This document shows positions 60,001 through 64,000 of a DNA stretch of 64,000 nucleotides, piece after piece; within the stretch, counting starts at the first letter, position 1; each line of letters begins with the position of its first letter. The notes below the pieces were generated by a model. It did no database searches. It was given only the letters and a program-made list of their open reading frames with translations, and was not told the DNA's origin. The DNA comes from Flavobacteriales bacterium (lineage in GTDB: Bacteria; Bacteroidota; Bacteroidia; M30B66): assembly GCA_040403315.1 (NCBI GenBank), contig JBBAKX010000002.1, positions 377,944 to 441,943 on the forward strand. The letters are read 5' to 3'. Position numbers and translations under genes: made by a program.

Positions 60001-60244
60001 CGATGGTGATGGCGTGAACGATGTATACAAGCCCTCCATGTATGGCATTCAGCAATTAGAAATGACCATTTTCAACCGCTGGGGAGAGGAAGTATTTAGT
60101 AAATCAGGTTTAGAAGTAGGTTGGGATGGCTCAATGAAATCGGGCAAAATTGCCGCAGACGGAATATATGTTTGTGTTGTGAAGGCCGTCGACAAGAAAT
60201 TCCTTCAGCACAAATTGAACAGCACTATTTTATTGATTCGGTAG
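57032..60244 (+). CDS. T9SS type B cargo (gliding-motility-associated C-terminal domain) with six ~75-aa Ig-like repeats
   Basis: PNTFTPDGDGVND, IFNRWGEEVF, WDG, DGIY; GTG start after TAACTTTG (57005-57012). Confidence 0.9.
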   Translation: MKLLLHNVLLCTFLTSAFTLKSQTTTSCFEVESFLVDACGSGADEGLNEMVQILTGPNPLDISDFDVQWPNTFNSFQGFCQNGATLGITATINASITGCGSVTEPPGGIIPANATVVIITSSAFDPLIHPFNNLNEDIYVVYQCGSVSGGNFGNSSASNPSNPRTLTISYNGPSGICDDIVSYVPASLIGTDGALVSFDFAGNPTYSNNGCQGLLEILDPTWTPPSAICDNEPAFDLFDLLTGTPGGTWSGTGVTGSIFNPTGLSGNIQITYTLTPTGCASPVTETHPITINLTGNATWTIPSPICTGAGLFDLNTLITGTTGGIWSGFGVSGSNFDPAGLNGDYAITYTAGTGTCGEAFTQNITVVLASNASWTPQTPVCEGDLDIDLATLLLGTAGGTWTGTGVTGTAFDPSGLSGNIAITYTVGTGACQQISTQNINVLSIADASWTVPPPVCSGAAIIDLSLLVTGTSGGIWSGSGMTGVNFNPAGISGLIAVTYTVGSGNCASTNTQNITVNSGPDPSWNFASPNICENAAPIDLMTLVTGLTGGTFTGTGVTAGFFNPTGLNGSYTIVYEVIQNGCLSTISRSISVVTLPDPSWNTPATLCETDAAISLVGLITGTTGGSWSGTGVTGSSFNPVGQNGNVNVTYTVGGTGCNASETNAISVSQSPPVVTLTGDLTYCANGTVPTWSAAGAFTIRWYSDAGLLNLVGTGASFTAPTNPNPATYYVVQNDGVCNSSPSNITLTPIQIPAVPIVDEITIWCEGTTIPTLYAFANNTIVWYNDINITNTVHTGPVFTPNSTDGLVFWVRAESNTCLSDTVRGVIVEIQNITAEILGNDTVSACLPVSLKLISADSINNFWSTGSLDTSIYVSRAGMYYLNRTGICNIAEDSVYVEDLSFNALFEVGNTEGFAPLNVPMVYTGSEASLCTWYIDGVETTPNFDGSLLFPLDTIYTVLLECENEAGCKSKAEKEVNIGNIQLLLPNTFTPDGDGVNDVYKPSMYGIQQLEMTIFNRWGEEVFSKSGLEVGWDGSMKSGKIAADGIYVCVVKAVDKKFLQHKLNSTILLIR
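57686..59044 (+). repeat. Six tandem ~225-bp coding repeats
   Basis: Consensus (D/N)xxW..P..(I/V)C....DL..L.TG..GG.WSG.GV.G..F(N/D)P.G..G...(I/V)TYT....C......I.V, six copies. Confidence 0.9.
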
Positions 60245-60375
60245 TCAAACAAGGCTATTTTTTATCAAAAAAAAACAAGGGATCAGACACAGTAATAACG
60301 TCTCGTTAACAATCCCATAACACAAAGCAAACGACCTTTGCAGTAAATTTTAAGAGTATAATTTATTGTGATATT

Positions 60376-62568
60376 ATGTTGAAAAATTTACTTTTTTCGT
60401 TGTGCTTTTTTGCTGCATGCTTCAACCAGCAAGCCTTTTCTCAGGTTACAATTGCAGAGGCTCGCTTACAACCTGTCGGCACTGAAGTAACAGTTCGAGG
60501 TGTTGTTACGCATGGATCCGAACTTGGAGTTATTCGATACATTCAAGACCCTACAGCAGGAGTTGGTTTGTATTCTACCAACTTTACAACAACTCTTTTG
60601 GCTGGTGATTCGGTTGAAGTTACAGGCACTCTAGACGATTTCAATGGTTTATTGGAACTATCTCCAATTAGTGCGCTTACGGTTATTCAGCCTGCTACTG
60701 CTATCCCTGCGTTTCAAACGGTTGAAAATGCGAGTTTAAATGAAAGTTTAGAAAGTGAACTTGTGCAAATGAATGGTGTGGTTTTCTCGAGCGGGGGAAA
60801 TACATTTTCTGCCAATACATCTTACACCTTCACTCAAGGAACAGGAACAGGTTCATTGTACGTTAGAACAAATTCTCCATTGATTGGACAAACCATCCCT
60901 GTTGGAACGATTACTTTAAACGGCATTTGCTCACAATTCAATACTATTTATCAGGTGCTTGCTCGAACGATTGAAGATTTCATCATTCCTGCAGGAATCA
61001 ATATTACCTCATTGGTAAGCGTCGACGATTTTCAACAAACCACAGCAACAGTTTCTTGGGAAACCAATATTCCAGGAACAACTTCAATTCTTTACGGTAA
61101 AACACCAGCACTAGAACTTGGATTGCTTTCTGATGCCAATCCAGTAACAAATCACGTATATACCTTTAATGGTTTAGAGGCTGGACGATTGTATTACTTT
61201 ATTGCATTTTCATCTGCAAACGGAAATTCTTCTAGTGCTCCAACCAAAGTTTTTGGAACTGTTTCAAATTCTTCGGGCGAAATGAAAGCTTGGTTTAATC
61301 ACCCAGTGAACAACCATCCAGAAGCCTATTTAAATGAAACGATCGACGACTCGTTAATTTACTTGATCAATCAAGCTGATTCGAGCATCGATTTAACGAT
61401 ATATGATTTTATCAGCGAAGGAATTGGTTCGATTTCAACTGCAATCAATGATGCTTGGAACAGAGGCGTTCGGGTGAGATTTATTTCTGATGGCAACTTG
61501 ATTTCTACCAATACAGGTGTGAGCGAATTGCTCGCTGAAATCCCGAAAATCACAAGTCCAATAGGTGGAACCTATACCATCATGCACAATAAGTTCGTAG
61601 TGATTGATGCAGATCATAGCGATCCGAATAAACCATTGGTATGGACTGGTAGTACCAACTGGTCGGACCGCCAAATTAATCGAGATCCAAACAATGTGAT
61701 TTTGATACAAGACCAAACTTTGGCAAGAACGTATCAGGCTGAATTTAATGAGATGTGGGGAAGTTCTGGAGCAAATCCAGACACCATTAATTCGAAATTT
61801 GGAAGTCAGAAAACCGACAACACTCCGCACGAATTTAAGATCAATGGGAAACGAGTAGAATGCTATTTCTCTCCGAGCGACAATACCAATGCTTCATTGA
61901 TCAAAACAATGAAAACGGCAGACGATACTTTATCATTTGCAACAATGCTCATCACAAGAACAGACATCCGCGAAACAATCGATACACTCGTTCAGTCGGG
62001 CGTTTTGGTGAAAGGGATTATCAATTCCGACACCACTACCCTAGTTTACGATGAATTGCTTTTGAGCATGGAAAATAATCTACTTGTAAATCCAGATACG
62101 CAAGTGATTATGCACCACAAATTTTTTACTGCTGACGCATATTCTGATAGTGATCCGTTGGTATGGACAGGCTCCCACAATTGGTCGACAAACGCGAATA
62201 CAAGAAACGACGAGAATACTATAGTGGTTCATGATGCAGCGATTGCGCAATTGTATCATATTGCATATTTCACGTTAGTTAATCCTGTAATTGAAGATAC
62301 TACTGGAATTTCGACTATTCAAGCTGGAATAAATTTCAAGCTTTTCCCTTCGCCTTTGTCTTCAGATCAAACTTTGTATGTAATTCCGAATTTCAGTGGA
62401 AAAGAAACAATTGAAATATTTGATTTGAATGGCCGAAAAATCGAACAAAATCAAGCCAATTTAATTTCCGGACAAGCTACTTCAATAGAATTGAGTAATG
62501 CTATTGTTTCAGGTATTTATTTCCTTAGAATTGGAAATGAATATTTAAAATTCACCATTGCAAATTAA
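60376..62568 (+). CDS. T9SS type A cargo: OB-fold-like, FN3-like and two PLD (HKD) domains; nuclease or phospholipase D
   Basis: TIAEAR..VTVRGVVT..YIQD; MHNKFVVID+WTGSTNW and MHHKFFTAD+WTGSHNW; CTD with SGIYFLRI. Confidence 0.88.
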   Translation: MLKNLLFSLCFFAACFNQQAFSQVTIAEARLQPVGTEVTVRGVVTHGSELGVIRYIQDPTAGVGLYSTNFTTTLLAGDSVEVTGTLDDFNGLLELSPISALTVIQPATAIPAFQTVENASLNESLESELVQMNGVVFSSGGNTFSANTSYTFTQGTGTGSLYVRTNSPLIGQTIPVGTITLNGICSQFNTIYQVLARTIEDFIIPAGINITSLVSVDDFQQTTATVSWETNIPGTTSILYGKTPALELGLLSDANPVTNHVYTFNGLEAGRLYYFIAFSSANGNSSSAPTKVFGTVSNSSGEMKAWFNHPVNNHPEAYLNETIDDSLIYLINQADSSIDLTIYDFISEGIGSISTAINDAWNRGVRVRFISDGNLISTNTGVSELLAEIPKITSPIGGTYTIMHNKFVVIDADHSDPNKPLVWTGSTNWSDRQINRDPNNVILIQDQTLARTYQAEFNEMWGSSGANPDTINSKFGSQKTDNTPHEFKINGKRVECYFSPSDNTNASLIKTMKTADDTLSFATMLITRTDIRETIDTLVQSGVLVKGIINSDTTTLVYDELLLSMENNLLVNPDTQVIMHHKFFTADAYSDSDPLVWTGSHNWSTNANTRNDENTIVVHDAAIAQLYHIAYFTLVNPVIEDTTGISTIQAGINFKLFPSPLSSDQTLYVIPNFSGKETIEIFDLNGRKIEQNQANLISGQATSIELSNAIVSGIYFLRIGNEYLKFTIAN

Positions 62569-62573
62569 TTCCG

Positions 62574-63137
62574 ATGAATTTCAAAAGCTTTTCAATAACT
62601 GTTGGAACTCTTGCTTTGTTTGCATTGGTTTCTTGCACAGACGACAGAATTATTAGTACTCCAGACAACACCAACAATCCTCCAATTAATGGGAATTTAC
62701 CATTAAAAATTAATGAAACAGTTGCCAAGGGCTCTTTATTAAATACCGATTTGGGTAACACTTCAGATTGGATGGAAATTTACAATTCTTCAGCATCTGC
62801 ATTTACGATGCAAGCTGGGGCTTGGTTTGTTACAGATAATCCTAATGATCAGGAAAAATTCGAATTGCCACAAAGAACCATTGCTGCTGGCGATTTCTTG
62901 GTAATTTTCTGTGATGACTCGAACAGATTAAGTCCACAAATTCATACAAATTTCGGACTTTCATCTGCGGGTGAATCATTGTTTCTATATTACAAGAACA
63001 ACGGCGAGCTTCAATTGGCAGATAGCATGAGTTTCGATCCTCAAACATTCGATAATATGTCGAATGCCAGAAAGCCTGATGGATCTACAAACTGGGTTTA
63101 TCCTTCAGATCCAACTCCAGGAAACAGCAATCAATGA
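62574..63137 (+). CDS. Lamin-tail-domain lipoprotein
   Basis: Lipobox LVSC; INE..DWMEIYN..HTNFGLSSAGE..R.PDG..PTPG.SN. Confidence 0.85.
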   Translation: MNFKSFSITVGTLALFALVSCTDDRIISTPDNTNNPPINGNLPLKINETVAKGSLLNTDLGNTSDWMEIYNSSASAFTMQAGAWFVTDNPNDQEKFELPQRTIAAGDFLVIFCDDSNRLSPQIHTNFGLSSAGESLFLYYKNNGELQLADSMSFDPQTFDNMSNARKPDGSTNWVYPSDPTPGNSNQ

Positions 63138-63841
63138 AAATCATCCTTTTCCTATTGCTTCCTTTGAGCATTTTCGCTCAGGAAACAATTCAGCTGAAAC
63201 CTATTCAGAAAATCAATTTGCGGATTTCTGAACCATCGGATATTTGTATTTCTCCCGATCAAAAAACACTCTATATCGTAAGCGATGATGGTGGGTTGTT
63301 CGAATGCGATTTAGATGGAAAAATCCTCAGGAAGTATACCAATGATATTATTGATGCAGAAGGTGTTTTTTGTGACAATGAGCATGTTTGGATTATTGAA
63401 GAAAGAACGCGACTGATTAAGAAGTTTTCTAGAGCTACACTTGAATTAATTGCTTCAGTTTATCTTCCATATGAAGGAGGAAGAAATAAAAGCTTCGAAT
63501 CAATTACAATAGATAAAAATGGAAATTGGATTCTCATTACTGAAAGAGATCCTATTTGGATGATTAAATATTCAGCCGATTTTAAAGAGATATCAAGATT
63601 GAAAATAGCTGAAAATACCGATGTTTCAGCTGCTACATTCCACCAAGATAAATTGTATCTATTGAGTGACGAATCAGCAGAAATTTGGGAAACCAATGAA
63701 ATTTCTGGTAAAGTATTGCAACGATACAGCATCCCAGTTTTAAATCCCGAAGGTTTAGCTTTTGCAAACAATGGAAACGTGTATGTGCTCAGCGACGACG
63801 GACATCAATTAATCGTTTTTAATCTTAACGAAAGGAAGTGA
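63134..63841 (+). CDS. SdiA-regulated (YjiK-like) beta-propeller protein
   Basis: EPSDI, DAEGV, NKSFESIT, LLSDES, NPEGLAF. Confidence 0.85.
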   Translation: MKIILFLLLPLSIFAQETIQLKPIQKINLRISEPSDICISPDQKTLYIVSDDGGLFECDLDGKILRKYTNDIIDAEGVFCDNEHVWIIEERTRLIKKFSRATLELIASVYLPYEGGRNKSFESITIDKNGNWILITERDPIWMIKYSADFKEISRLKIAENTDVSAATFHQDKLYLLSDESAEIWETNEISGKVLQRYSIPVLNPEGLAFANNGNVYVLSDDGHQLIVFNLNERK

Positions 63842-64000
63842 TGAAAAAATCAATTGCGATAATTGCTTTCGTTGGATTTTTATTTCAGATTCAATTGAAT
63901 GCTCAGCTAACGTTGACGAACGGTGAAAATTCACTGGAAATTTCAGGCTCAATTTCAACCTATTATAATTACAGAACCTTAGATAGTGGGATCGTTGAGA
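63841..64000 (+). CDS. 5' part of a secreted protein, probably an outer-membrane porin (truncated by window edge)
   Basis: ATG overlaps the previous TGA; MKKSIAIIAFVGFLFQIQLNAQ..LEISGSISTYYNYR, a signal peptide followed by an amphipathic beta strand. Confidence 0.55.
   Translation, partial: MKKSIAIIAFVGFLFQIQLNAQLTLTNGENSLEISGSISTYYNYRTLDSGIVE

Noticed and set aside
1-64000. CRISPR array, tRNA, rRNA, integrase or defence operon
   Set aside because: None was recognisable on reading; the only tandem repeats are coding.

Overview
Chromosomal window from an AT-rich Bacteroidota bacterium. The evidence is TAnnTTTG -7 promoter elements, type IX secretion (T9SS) cargo, a PorE-like OmpA protein, DUF3822-rsmD-coaD and mutA/mutB. 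About 55 CDS are supported, mostly housekeeping. I saw no rRNA, tRNA, CRISPR array or prophage. Main points of interest: (i) a solitary IS200-family HUH transposase flanked by a Flavo-1-like structured element and a perfect 48-bp palindrome, where local G/C strand skew flips; (ii) a PAS-HisKA-REC gene that lacks a kinase ATP-binding domain and is split by a single in-frame TAG, inside a three-gene sensor cluster; (iii) an azurin/auracyanin-fold lipoprotein in which three of the four type-1 copper ligands are replaced; (iv) an A9 slippery run in dnaX with stops in both alternative frames (gamma/tau); (v) pyrE and a NUDIX gene whose divergent start codons overlap in one CATG; (vi) an 11.5-kb cluster of lamin-tail-domain T9SS proteins with a PLD-family hydrolase, a YjiK propeller and a probable porin, which may be a surface nucleic-acid/organophosphate scavenging system. 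All family assignments come from motif recognition by eye; no database searches were run.
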